From: Nannocystales bacterium
GTDB lineage: Bacteria; Myxococcota_A; Polyangia; Nannocystales; Nannocystaceae
DNA: 64,000 bases
NCBI GenBank assembly: GCA_050633305.1
Contig: JBOEGF010000018.1
Span: 544,001 to 608,000 of the forward strand
Direction of reading: 5' to 3'
Shown in pieces: positions 30,765 to 40,554 of the stretch. Position numbers and translations under genes: made by a program. The first letter of the stretch is position 1; every line of letters begins with the position of its first letter. The notes beneath the pieces are model-generated. The model was not told where the DNA came from and made no database searches. It worked only from the letters and a program-made list of their open reading frames with translations.

Positions 30765-33397
30765 GCGCCTCCTCCATCGAGGTCCAATGCGACCCCGAGC
30801 TCCGGCGCACGCTTTCCGTCGGCCACGGAGGAGATGCGGACATCGACGAGTTGTCCGGCCAAGTCCCCCAGCGGGAGTTGCACGGGGATCCTGCCAGCGC
30901 GGTGTGTGAGCCGTTTGTCGAAGAGCGGGGTCCAGTCCCCCGTGCCGGCGGCTCGGACCTCGATGCGGACGGACACGCTGCCTTGGCGCTTTCGTTTCGT
31001 GTCATCGTCCTCGAGTGCAATCCACCCGGTGATCTCGTCGCCGGGCACGACCCCTTCGAACGCTGCAATCGCGGGTTGGCTGTGTCGTCGGTCAAAGACG
31101 AGCGCGGGACGGATCAGCATGTCCGCCTTGGTGAATCCCGGCCGGACATGGTTGAGGACCGAAGCGCGCCCGCTGTTGGCAAGTCCCACGGCTCGGTGGG
31201 CTTCCGCCGCCTGGCCGCGCCGCACCTTCATGAACAGACCCCCAGACAGAGCGACTGCGGCCGCCGCCCACACGATCGGGTGGCCGAGGGTGGAGAGCGG
31301 CTGCAGCAGCTGCGTGAACAGCTCGCGGATCCGGCTCGCTCGGCGGGGCCATCCGAGGAGAGCGATGGTGAGGCCAACGGCCAGGAGCGAGACGAGCGCT
31401 GCGAGGAGGTCTGTGGGTTGCCAGCGTTGGTATGTGAGGGTGTACTCGCCGTCGGTCACGTCGGCCGCGACCAACGTGGGCTCGGTCCCGTCGTCTCCGT
31501 TGACCTTGCCACCTCGCTCGGACCCTTCGAGGCGTTCCTGTTGGCTCGCGCCGGGCCCGTACCCAGCCGCCGGTGCTTCGACCCAATCGACCGGCCCGAG
31601 CGGCCCTTCGAGCGACCACCGTGGAAAACCAGCCACACCGAACAGCAGCCGTGTTGGTTCCTGTGTCCCATGGACCCGGACTCGGATGCGTCCGGCGGAC
31701 ACGTCGTTCTCGAGGACCTCCACCGTCCCGTCTCCGTGCAGCTCGGCGATCGATGTTTTGGGCCACGAGGGCCGCTCGATCACGGAGAGCATGCCAAATC
31801 GGGCGACCTCACCGCGTCGCTTGCGTTGGCCCCGTCGAATCTCGTAGCGGACCTGCGCACGGTCGAGCAGGTCTCGCGGACCTCGTTCGGGCTTGTGCAC
31901 GAAGTTGTCGCCGGGCGTGAAGCCCAGCTTGAGGATGGGCGCGCCGCCTGTGGCGACCGGCAGGTCCATGAACCAGTGGATGTTGCGCTGGTCATGCACG
32001 ACAAACCGGTAGTCCCGATCGCGGGCTCGCCACGCTTCGCGCATCCAAGCCTCGAGTGCCGCGTAGTCCTCGTCGAGTTCGGGCAGTCGAGGGATCCGGG
32101 TTCGCTGGATCTCCGAAACCGGGTTCTTGTCGAATTCCTCGCCCTGTTGTTTGCCGATAAAGCCGATCGTCGCGAGGACAAGCGCGACCGACACTCCGCT
32201 GAGAGCGCGGGGAGCGGTTCCGCCGAGTGTCCACAACTTGCGGGCGAGGTGCGCAACGCCCCCGACCATCGCACCCGCCATCAGGAACAGTCCGGGCTTC
32301 GCCGCGGTCAGGAACCGCTGGTACTGCAGGTGAGTGAACCCCTCGCTGACGAGGTCGAGGCGGAACTCCCAAGGAATGTCCCGGGACGACATCACCCAAA
32401 GCCCAAGGGCGACGACGGCGAATGACCGCGCGGGTCGATTCCCCACCACGGCGACCAACACAATGCCGGCGGTCACGCAGTGTCCGGCCAAGGAGGGCAT
32501 GGATTGGGCCCACTGTCCTTCGAGGGCTCGCTCGAGCAGCGTGTCGAGCGGCTGCCACAGCCAGCCGTAGCTCGCCATCCATGCTTGGTGCCTGAGCATC
32601 GGGGCAACCCACCACAGCGCGAGCGCGACGCCGAGCGCTCCGGTCACCAGCCCGCGAGCGGTGGACCTGCGAAGTCTCGCCGCCGAACCGACTCCGGTCA
32701 CAAACACCACGGTCGGGCCGGCCAGGGCGAGGACCGCCATGGACATCGGGTGTGCGAGGAGAGCGGCACCCATCGCTGCGGCTGCGCGGGCGACCGTATT
32801 GCGCACCTCGGTGGGGGTCTTTGCGTCGGGAAGCCGGCTCAGTTCGGCCAGGCCCAGCCACGTGAAGCTGGTGGCCAGGGCCTGGGGCCACACGCCGTAG
32901 TAGACGGTGTAGATGAAGCCGCCTTCGCGGTACGAGCCGACGTCGACGAGGGCGAGTGTGGCGGCGACGAGGCCTGGCACGACACCCCACCCCATCACAC
33001 GGCCCGCCCGGAGCAGGACCCAACCCTGGGTCAGGAAGACGAGCGTGAAGCCCAAGGCGTAGGCCGACGACCAGTCGAGGAACCCCAGCGACAGCACTCG
33101 GACGCCGATGACGATCGCATCGCCGAGGACCGGGTAGAGCTCCCCGACCGGGGTGCCGAAGAACCACACCGGGCTCCAGCCTCGGATGTCGCCGTTGCCG
33201 AGCTCTTGCGCCCACATCCAGGTGCGGGTGAGGTGAACCGTATGGTCGGCCGACAGTGGCATCTGTCCCAGCGGGATCGGCCACAGCAGGGCGAGCCCGA
33301 TGAGTGTGACGAGCAGCGTGGGCCACCACCGGGCGACACGCGTCAGGTGGCCGAGGCGAGGCACCAGCGCCCGCATCCTGTCAGCGGGCAGGGGCAC
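30761..33397 (-). CDS. Large multi-TM GT-C-like protein (PTPS-related/YfhO-like membrane family)
   Basis: DHTVH...GWSPVWFFGTPVGELYP motif; more than 10 TM helices plus periplasmic domains. Confidence 0.7.
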   Translation of the reverse strand: MPLPADRMRALVPRLGHLTRVARWWPTLLVTLIGLALLWPIPLGQMPLSADHTVHLTRTWMWAQELGNGDIRGWSPVWFFGTPVGELYPVLGDAIVIGVRVLSLGFLDWSSAYALGFTLVFLTQGWVLLRAGRVMGWGVVPGLVAATLALVDVGSYREGGFIYTVYYGVWPQALATSFTWLGLAELSRLPDAKTPTEVRNTVARAAAAMGAALLAHPMSMAVLALAGPTVVFVTGVGSAARLRRSTARGLVTGALGVALALWWVAPMLRHQAWMASYGWLWQPLDTLLERALEGQWAQSMPSLAGHCVTAGIVLVAVVGNRPARSFAVVALGLWVMSSRDIPWEFRLDLVSEGFTHLQYQRFLTAAKPGLFLMAGAMVGGVAHLARKLWTLGGTAPRALSGVSVALVLATIGFIGKQQGEEFDKNPVSEIQRTRIPRLPELDEDYAALEAWMREAWRARDRDYRFVVHDQRNIHWFMDLPVATGGAPILKLGFTPGDNFVHKPERGPRDLLDRAQVRYEIRRGQRKRRGEVARFGMLSVIERPSWPKTSIAELHGDGTVEVLENDVSAGRIRVRVHGTQEPTRLLFGVAGFPRWSLEGPLGPVDWVEAPAAGYGPGASQQERLEGSERGGKVNGDDGTEPTLVAADVTDGEYTLTYQRWQPTDLLAALVSLLAVGLTIALLGWPRRASRIRELFTQLLQPLSTLGHPIVWAAAAVALSGGLFMKVRRGQAAEAHRAVGLANSGRASVLNHVRPGFTKADMLIRPALVFDRRHSQPAIAAFEGVVPGDEITGWIALEDDDTKRKRQGSVSVRIEVRAAGTGDWTPLFDKRLTHRAGRIPVQLPLGDLAGQLVDVRISSVADGKRAPELGVALDLDGGGA

Positions 33398-33983
33398 CGA
33401 GCAGCATCGTCCACGGCAGCGGGGAGCGCCGCTGGAGAATCGACAGGTGTCGGCCGGCCAGCGTCTCGAGCCCGCGCCGCGAGAAATGCTGGATGTGGCC
33501 GGGCGTGTTGCCGAGGTGAGTCAGGTATTTGCCACGGGCCATGTTCATGGCCCGCCAGATCGGCTCTCGCGGGGTGGAGACCAGGACTCGATGTTTGGCC
33601 ACCCGGGTGACCTCGGCGAGCCCCGCCTCCGGATCTTCGAGGTGTTCGAGAACCTCACAGCACACGACGAGGTCGAACGATGCGTCGGGGTAGGGAAGCT
33701 CGTAGACGTCGGCTTGCTTGGGTTCGAGCGGCGCGGGGAGATCGGCAGGAACGCGACCGATGTCGAGGTCGGTGATCTCGAAACGCGAAGGCTTGGACGC
33801 ACTGGCGAGCAGAGCCCGCGCGAGATGCCCTTCGCCGCACCCGACCTCGAGCACAGTGTCGGCCGCAGCCATCCGGTACAGCGAGGTTGCCCCCCGCATG
33901 AAGCCGGCCATCAGCGCGCGCGCGATCGGGTTGCTCGTCCCGTACTTGTTGTAGTGGTTGCCCACCACGTTGGCTGTGCTCAT
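33381..33983 (-). CDS. Class I SAM methyltransferase (Methyltransf_11-like)
   Basis: GNHYNKY, LEVGCGEG, FDLVVCCEVLEH, TPGHIQHF; ATGA overlap with GT2. Confidence 0.88.
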   Translation of the reverse strand: MSTANVVGNHYNKYGTSNPIARALMAGFMRGATSLYRMAAADTVLEVGCGEGHLARALLASASKPSRFEITDLDIGRVPADLPAPLEPKQADVYELPYPDASFDLVVCCEVLEHLEDPEAGLAEVTRVAKHRVLVSTPREPIWRAMNMARGKYLTHLGNTPGHIQHFSRRGLETLAGRHLSILQRRSPLPWTMLLGAPAR

Positions 33984-35008
33984 GGGCTGTCCTCCGCGTG
34001 CCAGGGCTTGGCCTCGGTGGACTCCACGCCTTCGACGGCCTCGCCATCCCCGGCGACTCGGGCGTCGAGGCGACGGACCCGGTGCAGTAACTCTTCGGTG
34101 AGTCGGCGGTTGCTTGCGAGCAGGTCTCCGAGCAACGCCATCAGGCCCACCAGGAACGCGAGGATGAACGCGCCGACCCCGACCAGCAACGACTGGATGT
34201 GTCCGCTGTAGTCCGGGTTTTGTAGATAGAAGTACGTGAATCGGCCGCCCAAGGAGAGGCCGATGAGCAGCAGCACCAGCGCGACGAACCCAAAGGTCTG
34301 CACGGGCCAGTACATGTTGTAGGCCCGCAGGATGACCGCGCCGTTGCGTCGCAGGTATTCGGGGATCGAGCCGAAGAGCCGAGACTCCCGCGTCTTGGGG
34401 TTGGTCGTGATCGGGACGTTCGCGATCACGAGTCCGGCTTGTCCGGCCTGAATGATGGTCTCGAGCGTGTACGTGAATCGGTTGTGGACGAAGAAGTGGT
34501 ACGCCGCGTGTCGGTTGAACGCTCGAAATCCGCTGGTCGAGTCGGCGACTTCGGTCCCCGAAGCTCGCCGCACCACCTGAGAGCCCCAGCGCTGCAGGAC
34601 CTTCTTCAACAACGAAAAGTGCTCGATCGTATCGGTCTGCCGGTCGCCGATCACGACGTCGGCGCTGCCCTCGACCAGCGGCTCCACCAGGCGTGCGATG
34701 TCCGAGCCTTTGTATTGGTTGTCGGCGTCGGTGTTGACGATCACATCCGCCCCGAGCCGGATGCACGCGTCGATGCCAGCCATGTGTGCGGCCGCGAGAC
34801 CCTGGTTCCTCGGGAACGAAATGATGTGATGGACGCCAAGCTCGCGGGCGAGGGCGGCGGTCCCATCGGTGCTTCCGTCGTCAATGATCAAGACCTCGAT
34901 ACTCCCCACCCCGGGGATGGAGCGGGGAAGGTCGGCGAACGTGCCGCCCAAATGATCGCGCTCGTTGAGGCACGGGATCTGGATCAGCAGCTTCAGGGGA
35001 CGACTCAT
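33980..35008 (-). CDS. GT2 polyprenol-phosphate glycosyltransferase (DPM1/GtrB-like)
   Basis: IPCLNE, IDDGSTDGT, NTDADNQY, DSTSGFRA; two C-terminal TM helices. Confidence 0.92.
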   Translation of the reverse strand: MSRPLKLLIQIPCLNERDHLGGTFADLPRSIPGVGSIEVLIIDDGSTDGTAALARELGVHHIISFPRNQGLAAAHMAGIDACIRLGADVIVNTDADNQYKGSDIARLVEPLVEGSADVVIGDRQTDTIEHFSLLKKVLQRWGSQVVRRASGTEVADSTSGFRAFNRHAAYHFFVHNRFTYTLETIIQAGQAGLVIANVPITTNPKTRESRLFGSIPEYLRRNGAVILRAYNMYWPVQTFGFVALVLLLIGLSLGGRFTYFYLQNPDYSGHIQSLLVGVGAFILAFLVGLMALLGDLLASNRRLTEELLHRVRRLDARVAGDGEAVEGVESTEAKPWHAEDSP

Positions 35009-35114
35009 ACGGAGGCTGTTGGCCGGTTGTACCAAGGCTGCCGCCGGGGCGGTAGGATGCCGCATCGACGCTTCGAGCACCCCGCCGACCCCCAGTCGAG
35101 TCACGCCCCTGGCC

Positions 35115-36698
35115 ATGGTGCTGGTGCTGGCCATCCTCGCCGCCTTCGTGGTGCAGGCGCGCGCGTGGGCGTTTCTTTGCGATGACGCCTTCATCTCGTT
35201 CCGGTACGCGGAACATCTGGGCCAGTACGGGATGCCGGTGTTCAACGTGGTGGACCCGCCCGAGCGGGTCGAGGGCTACACGAACTTCTCCTGGGTGGTC
35301 CTGCTGGCGTTGGGCTCGGCGGTCGGGCTCGAGCCAACGTCGTGGGCTCCCGTCCTGACCGTTCTCTCGGCGGGCTTCATCTTGGTTCTGTCGGTCTTGC
35401 TGCTACGGGCGCTCCGGGAGGAATGGGGCGCACCTCTTCGGCCGCTTCACCTCGCGCCTGCAATGCTCTTGGTCGCGCTGCCCGAGGTGATGGTGTGGAG
35501 CGGGAGCGGCCTCGAGACGAGTTTCGCTGCGGCGGTTGTGTTGGGCTCGATGCTGGCGTGGTCGCGCGGACGAATGGTGACTGCGGGAGCGATGGCCGCC
35601 CTCGCTGGCCTGACGCGGCCCGATGCTCTGTTGCCTATCTCGATGTACGGGGTCGGATGGCTGGTCGCACAGATCGTCGCGCAGCGTCGCATCGCGGTTC
35701 GCGACGTACCTTGGAGGAAGATCGGGCTGGCAAGCGTCGTGTTCGCAGCACCGCTGCTCGCCCACCTGCTGTGGCGGCATGGGTACTACGGAGCGTGGGT
35801 GCCGAACACCTGGCCGATCAAGGCCCACGGGATGCTCCTGCGCGACACCTACGGGGTCGCCTACGTCGAAGCTTGGGTCACGCATGTGCACCTGTGGTGG
35901 TTTGCGCCCCTGGCCTTGGCACTTCGACCTCGCCATACGTGCGCGTTGCTCCCGGTCGCGGCCGTGGTGGGCTACGGATACGCGGTCGGTGGAGACTTCA
36001 TGGCGTACTCGCGTTTCTACATCGTCGCGACGGCTGCGCTCGCGGTGTTGGTGGGATGGCTGCTCGCCGATGTGGCGGATTGGGCGGCCTCCAAGTTGGG
36101 CGCGCGCGCTCGTTGGGGCGCCCTCGCAGCGGTCGTCGTGGTCTCCGGGTTGTTGGGTCGGGAAGCGCGGGCTCGGCACGCGCATGACGTCGCTCAAGGC
36201 GGAAAGTGGATCGACGGGAAGTGGGAAGGCACGGTCGCGATGGACCGCTTTGCCAAGGTCGGGTTGGCAGCCGGGCGATGGATGCACTCGAACCTCCCTG
36301 CCGACACCTGGATCGCGGTGGGCGCGGCCGGGGCCGTGCCGTACGGGGCCAAGTTGCCGACGATCGATGCGTACGGGTTGATCGACCCGGTCATCGCGAC
36401 GATGCCGGAAGCCGGCCCCTACACAGGAAAAGGGGCACGCCCCGGCCATCAGCTCCAAGCTCCACGCGACTACATCCTCAGTCGCGATCCTGACCTGCTC
36501 TGTCACGTCGGATACCGCGGGCCGAGGCCGCCCTCGGAGCGAAGGAAGCCGAGGGGGTACGGGCGCAACTACCGCTGGGCCTGCATCGACCTCCCCGAGA
36601 TCGAGGACCGCCACGGCGAACCGCTGCCCGCGGGTGTGTACTGCTGTCGTCGACCTGCCGAGCGCGCGGTCGGTCCGTTCGGCCAGGAGACGCGATGA
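35115..36698 (+). CDS. GT-C membrane glycosyltransferase, AftB-like
   Basis: DDAFISFRYA...ERVEGYTNF, SGLET, TRPD, PNT..K, ID.YGL.D, GH; start uncertain. Confidence 0.75.
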   Translation: MVLVLAILAAFVVQARAWAFLCDDAFISFRYAEHLGQYGMPVFNVVDPPERVEGYTNFSWVVLLALGSAVGLEPTSWAPVLTVLSAGFILVLSVLLLRALREEWGAPLRPLHLAPAMLLVALPEVMVWSGSGLETSFAAAVVLGSMLAWSRGRMVTAGAMAALAGLTRPDALLPISMYGVGWLVAQIVAQRRIAVRDVPWRKIGLASVVFAAPLLAHLLWRHGYYGAWVPNTWPIKAHGMLLRDTYGVAYVEAWVTHVHLWWFAPLALALRPRHTCALLPVAAVVGYGYAVGGDFMAYSRFYIVATAALAVLVGWLLADVADWAASKLGARARWGALAAVVVVSGLLGREARARHAHDVAQGGKWIDGKWEGTVAMDRFAKVGLAAGRWMHSNLPADTWIAVGAAGAVPYGAKLPTIDAYGLIDPVIATMPEAGPYTGKGARPGHQLQAPRDYILSRDPDLLCHVGYRGPRPPSERRKPRGYGRNYRWACIDLPEIEDRHGEPLPAGVYCCRRPAERAVGPFGQETR

Positions 36699-38698
36699 GC
36701 CGAATCCTCGTCGGTGTCTCCATCGTCGTCATCAGCGTGGTCTTGCTGGTGATGGTGCTGCGCATCGGGTTTCCGTTGGAACTCGAGTGGATGGAAGGCG
36801 GCGTCCTGCACCAGGCCCAACGTTTTGCGCACGGGGAGGCTCTATATCCGCCTCCGGGTCGCGACTTCGTTCCGTTTCTGTACACCCCGGGGTTCGCGGT
36901 CTTGCTCGGGTCGCTCGGCAAGGTGTTCGGGGTGAGTTACACGCTCGGTCGATTGATCAGCATCGTCTCCTGCGTGGCGATCGGTTGGGCGATCTGGCGA
37001 GCGGTCGAGCTTGCGGGCAAGCCCCGGGCGCACCGCATCGCGGCCGTCGCCCTGTTCGCCTCCGGCTATGTGTTCACGTTTCGCTGGCTCGACTTGGCGC
37101 GACCGGACACGCTCGCCATGGCCCTGTGTGTCTGGGCGCTCGTGGTGCTGCGCGATGCTCGGGGAAGTCACCGGAAGGCGATCTTCGCCGGAGTGCTGAT
37201 GGCGCTCTCGTTTTGGACCAAACAAACCGCGGCGACGTTTGTGATCGCCAGCGGTGTGGGGGCGCTGCTCGTGGCGCCCCGGCAACTCCCCGCCTACGCG
37301 CTGAGCATCGCGGTGATCGACGGAGGAGGCGTGCTTGTGGGCAACGCGCTCACCGAGGGTCGCTTGTGGCACTACATCTACGAGCTCCACCAGAGCCACG
37401 CGTTTAACGACGAGCGCTTCGAGAAGAAGACTTGGGGCATGTTTCTGCACGCAGGCCCGTTCGTGCTGCTCGCGGCCAGTGTGAGTCTCGGTGCCTGGCT
37501 CAACCGACTGAGGACCTCCAGCGAACGGTGGGTGGAGGCAGCCGAGCCGGCGTACTGGGGGCTGATGGCGTTCACCGGTCTGCTCGTGTCGGCGCTGGGA
37601 TACTCCACCCAGTGGGCCGAGCCCAACGCGTTCATTCCCGGGGTGCTGATGGGCTCGATCGCCGTCGGTGTTCTCCTCCCGACATCGGGTCGTTTGAGCT
37701 TGGTGGGGAAGGGGCTGGTGGGTCTTCAGTTGTGCTTCGCCCTGGCGGTGGAGCCGATGTATCAGCCGATCCAGAACAAGGGGTTCGCGGGCCTCGAGCG
37801 GAGCTATGCCTGGCAGTCATGGGCACGAACCGTCCCCTCCGATGAACGGCGGGCACGGGCGGACACCCTACGCAAAGAGCTCGAGGCCGGGCCCGGACCG
37901 GTGCTCGCACTTCAACGGCCGTGGTGGACCGTCTTGGCCGGCGGGGAAGGGCACGTGGGGAGCATGGGCATCACCGACGTGTTGCCCGAGGACCGGGCCG
38001 CCATAGAGAAAGCGTTGGTGGGGGAGCTGCGCGACGGGCAGTTCGCGCAGGTTTGGACCGAAGGCGATCCCCCACGGTGGATGATGCGGGGATTGAGTGG
38101 GTACAGCCTCGGCCGGAGGCTTCATGGTGCGCAACGGGTTCGCCCGATGTCGGGGTACATGTCCGATGCTGGCATGGTGACGCGGTACCGGGCGGACCAG
38201 CTGCAGTTCGTTCCCGCCGGGCCCCGTCCTTTGCCGGAGGGGACGGTGGTGGTTGCCGACTTCGAGTCGGGTCGGGCTGACGGATTCACGGCGCGAGGGC
38301 GCGCGTTTGGACGACGCGCCACCCGGAGCGTCAACTCGTCCTTCCCTGCAGTAGGTCCCACGGGCGGCCGCTACTACTACTCGAGCGCTGGGCTTCGGGG
38401 CGACTTGAAGGCGACGGGCTCGTCTCGTTCGGCCCCGTTTGTGTTGCCTCGCGATGGCAGCGTCGAACTGCTCCTCGGGGCTGTCGGCAAGCACGACCGG
38501 CTCGCGGTCGCGCTGGTCGGAGGAGAGGACCGGGTGCCGCTTGCGATTCCGCCAACGCACCTCTCGATGGCTCCGGTTCGATGGAACGTGCCGCCGGAGT
38601 GGGCCGACCGAGAGGTGGTGCTCGAGTTGCGCGACGACGCGAAAAACGCCGCGCTGTTCGTGGACGACGTTCGGCTGTTGCCGACGTCCCTCCCTTGA
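36695..38698 (+). CDS. GT-C (ArnT-like) membrane glycosyltransferase with C-terminal beta-sandwich domain
   Basis: ELEWMEG, LYTP, ARPD, TKQT; C-terminal ADFE...VDDV domain; ATGA overlap. Confidence 0.72.
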   Translation: MSRILVGVSIVVISVVLLVMVLRIGFPLELEWMEGGVLHQAQRFAHGEALYPPPGRDFVPFLYTPGFAVLLGSLGKVFGVSYTLGRLISIVSCVAIGWAIWRAVELAGKPRAHRIAAVALFASGYVFTFRWLDLARPDTLAMALCVWALVVLRDARGSHRKAIFAGVLMALSFWTKQTAATFVIASGVGALLVAPRQLPAYALSIAVIDGGGVLVGNALTEGRLWHYIYELHQSHAFNDERFEKKTWGMFLHAGPFVLLAASVSLGAWLNRLRTSSERWVEAAEPAYWGLMAFTGLLVSALGYSTQWAEPNAFIPGVLMGSIAVGVLLPTSGRLSLVGKGLVGLQLCFALAVEPMYQPIQNKGFAGLERSYAWQSWARTVPSDERRARADTLRKELEAGPGPVLALQRPWWTVLAGGEGHVGSMGITDVLPEDRAAIEKALVGELRDGQFAQVWTEGDPPRWMMRGLSGYSLGRRLHGAQRVRPMSGYMSDAGMVTRYRADQLQFVPAGPRPLPEGTVVVADFESGRADGFTARGRAFGRRATRSVNSSFPAVGPTGGRYYYSSAGLRGDLKATGSSRSAPFVLPRDGSVELLLGAVGKHDRLAVALVGGEDRVPLAIPPTHLSMAPVRWNVPPEWADREVVLELRDDAKNAALFVDDVRLLPTSLP

Positions 38699-38734
38699 GG
38701 GATTTCGAAGCGACCCACCACCAACGGACAACGT

Positions 38735-38766
38735 AAAACGCCACAGACCGAAGCCCGTGGCGTGTT
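38735..38766. terminator. Hairpin between convergent genes, possible bidirectional terminator
   Basis: AAAACGCCAC-N12-GTGGCGTGTT. Confidence 0.45.
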
Positions 38767-38844
38767 CGCGTTGGAGTCTGTTCGACGTTGTCGACCTTGC
38801 CGGGCCGAGATCAACAGACGCTGTATCCGCTGTCTTGACGGCCG

Positions 38845-39276
38845 CTAGTACCGCACGCGGACGATGTCGCGGGTCACGAAGACCCGCTTCTTGCCGCCGC
38901 ACGGGTAGGCGAGCTCCATCTCGAAGCTCGAGCCAGGCTCGCCGCGGATCGCCGACGCCCACTGCTCGACCGAGCGCAGACGCTCGCCCTCGATGCGGAG
39001 GAGTCGTGCGCCGGGGAGGATCTTGCCGTCTGCCGGGGAACCTTTGATGACGCGAGACACGACCACGTGCCCCCGCTCTCGCTCGATGACCACTCCGATT
39101 CCGCTGTACGTGTACGCGCGGTTGACCTGGTGCTGCATGCCGCACTGCGTCGCAGCCATGCGGTACATCACGGCGCCGGACGTGGCGACGGTCCCTGCCA
39201 GGAGAATCGAACCGAGGACAACACGCCGACCGAGGCGCCAGCGCTGAAGAGAGGAGCGAGTTTCGCGAGAGCTCAT
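38845..39276 (-). CDS. Membrane-anchored single PDZ domain protein
   Basis: YSGIGV, VIKGSPADG.ILPG, IRGEPGS (CtpA-like PDZ, no protease domain). Confidence 0.8.
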   Translation of the reverse strand: MSSRETRSSLQRWRLGRRVVLGSILLAGTVATSGAVMYRMAATQCGMQHQVNRAYTYSGIGVVIERERGHVVVSRVIKGSPADGKILPGARLLRIEGERLRSVEQWASAIRGEPGSSFEMELAYPCGGKKRVFVTRDIVRVRY

Positions 39277-39537
39277 GTGTGGGTTGTTCCGAACGCGTTG
39301 AGAGAACCAGCACGCCCAGGATCCCGGGCGACATCCTCATTCTTCCACATGGCGAGAGTTGTTGCCACCCCTCGATCGGTCCACAGCCGGACCAAAATGC
39401 TAAGCGTTTCCGGCGCCTTCGGAGATCCGCCGGGTCGCAGGCTGCGCCAGTCCCGCGGACAGCGCACGACCGGGTGGACCGCTCCAGAGTTTCTGCGTTA
39501 TTTCGGCGGGCCCTCTAACCGGGATAGCGTTCCAACC

Positions 39538-40491
39538 ATGACCCGAGCCTCTGCGGTCACGCCCCTCCTCCTCCTCGCTCTCTGCGTGAGCGGATGCGAC
39601 AAGAGTTCGACCCCTGCCGCGGCGGGTTCGGATGCCACCGTTGCGGAGGCTCCTGCGCCTTCCGAGCCTGCGCCCGAGCCCAAGGCCGAAGCTCCGACGC
39701 CCGCGGACGAGCCAACCCTCGCCAACGCCGCTGTGGATGCGTCCAGTTTGGCCAAGGCCGAGCCTGCACCCGAGGCCGAAGCCGCGCCGGAGCCCGCCGA
39801 GCCAGAAGAGCCAGCAGAGCTACCGACGTACAAGGTACTTATCCTCGGCGATAGCCTGATCGCGACGGGCTTCGGAGCACTGCTCGAGAAGAGCCTCGAC
39901 GCGCATCCGCAGGTCACCTGCTACCGCAAGGGCAAGTCGTCCTCGGGTCTGGCGCGACCGGACTTCTTCGACTGGATTGCCGAGGCCAAGCGCCAGGTTG
40001 ACCTCCGCAAGCCCGACCTCGTCGTCGTTCTGATGGGCGGCAACGACGGGCAGGACCTCACGCACCGGAACAAGAAGGCCGGGCGGCGCGTCACGTGGAA
40101 GCATGAGAACTGGGAAGCCGGGTACCGGGAACGGGTGGATAGCCTTCTCGCGCAGGTCTCCGCCCCCGACCGCGACATCGTGTGGCTCGGGATGCCGACG
40201 ATGGGCCTTCGTAGCCTGGAGAAGAAACTCGTCACGATCCGCGGTGTGCAGAAAGCTGCGGTCGAGGCCCACGAGTCGGCCTCGTACGTCGACACGGCAC
40301 CGTTCGTCTCCAATGACGATGGCGGCATGCTCACCCATGCAGTGGTGGGCCCCAGAAAAAAGAAGAAGGCCATCCGCGCAGACGACCGGATCCACTTCAC
40401 GATGGCCGGCAGCCAGTTCTTCGCCGACGCGGTGTACCCCGAGGTTCTCGCGGCGCTGGAGGTCGAGGATGTGGTCGCGGACGAGGACTGA
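39538..40491 (+). CDS. DUF459/SGNH-GDSL hydrolase family lipoprotein
   Basis: VSGC lipobox; GDSL, SSGLARPDFFDW, GGND, DRIH. Confidence 0.88.
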   Translation: MTRASAVTPLLLLALCVSGCDKSSTPAAAGSDATVAEAPAPSEPAPEPKAEAPTPADEPTLANAAVDASSLAKAEPAPEAEAAPEPAEPEEPAELPTYKVLILGDSLIATGFGALLEKSLDAHPQVTCYRKGKSSSGLARPDFFDWIAEAKRQVDLRKPDLVVVLMGGNDGQDLTHRNKKAGRRVTWKHENWEAGYRERVDSLLAQVSAPDRDIVWLGMPTMGLRSLEKKLVTIRGVQKAAVEAHESASYVDTAPFVSNDDGGMLTHAVVGPRKKKKAIRADDRIHFTMAGSQFFADAVYPEVLAALEVEDVVADED

Positions 40492-40554
40492 GGCCGCCGC
40501 GAACATTTCGACTCCGCGGTCGTCTGAACTGAAGATGACCCGAGGAGGCCAGCG

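Noticed and set aside
38718..38777. attC-like site (CCAAC...GTTGG)
   Set aside because: Core sites do not fit RYYYAAC/GTTRRRY, it is single copy and no integrase is present
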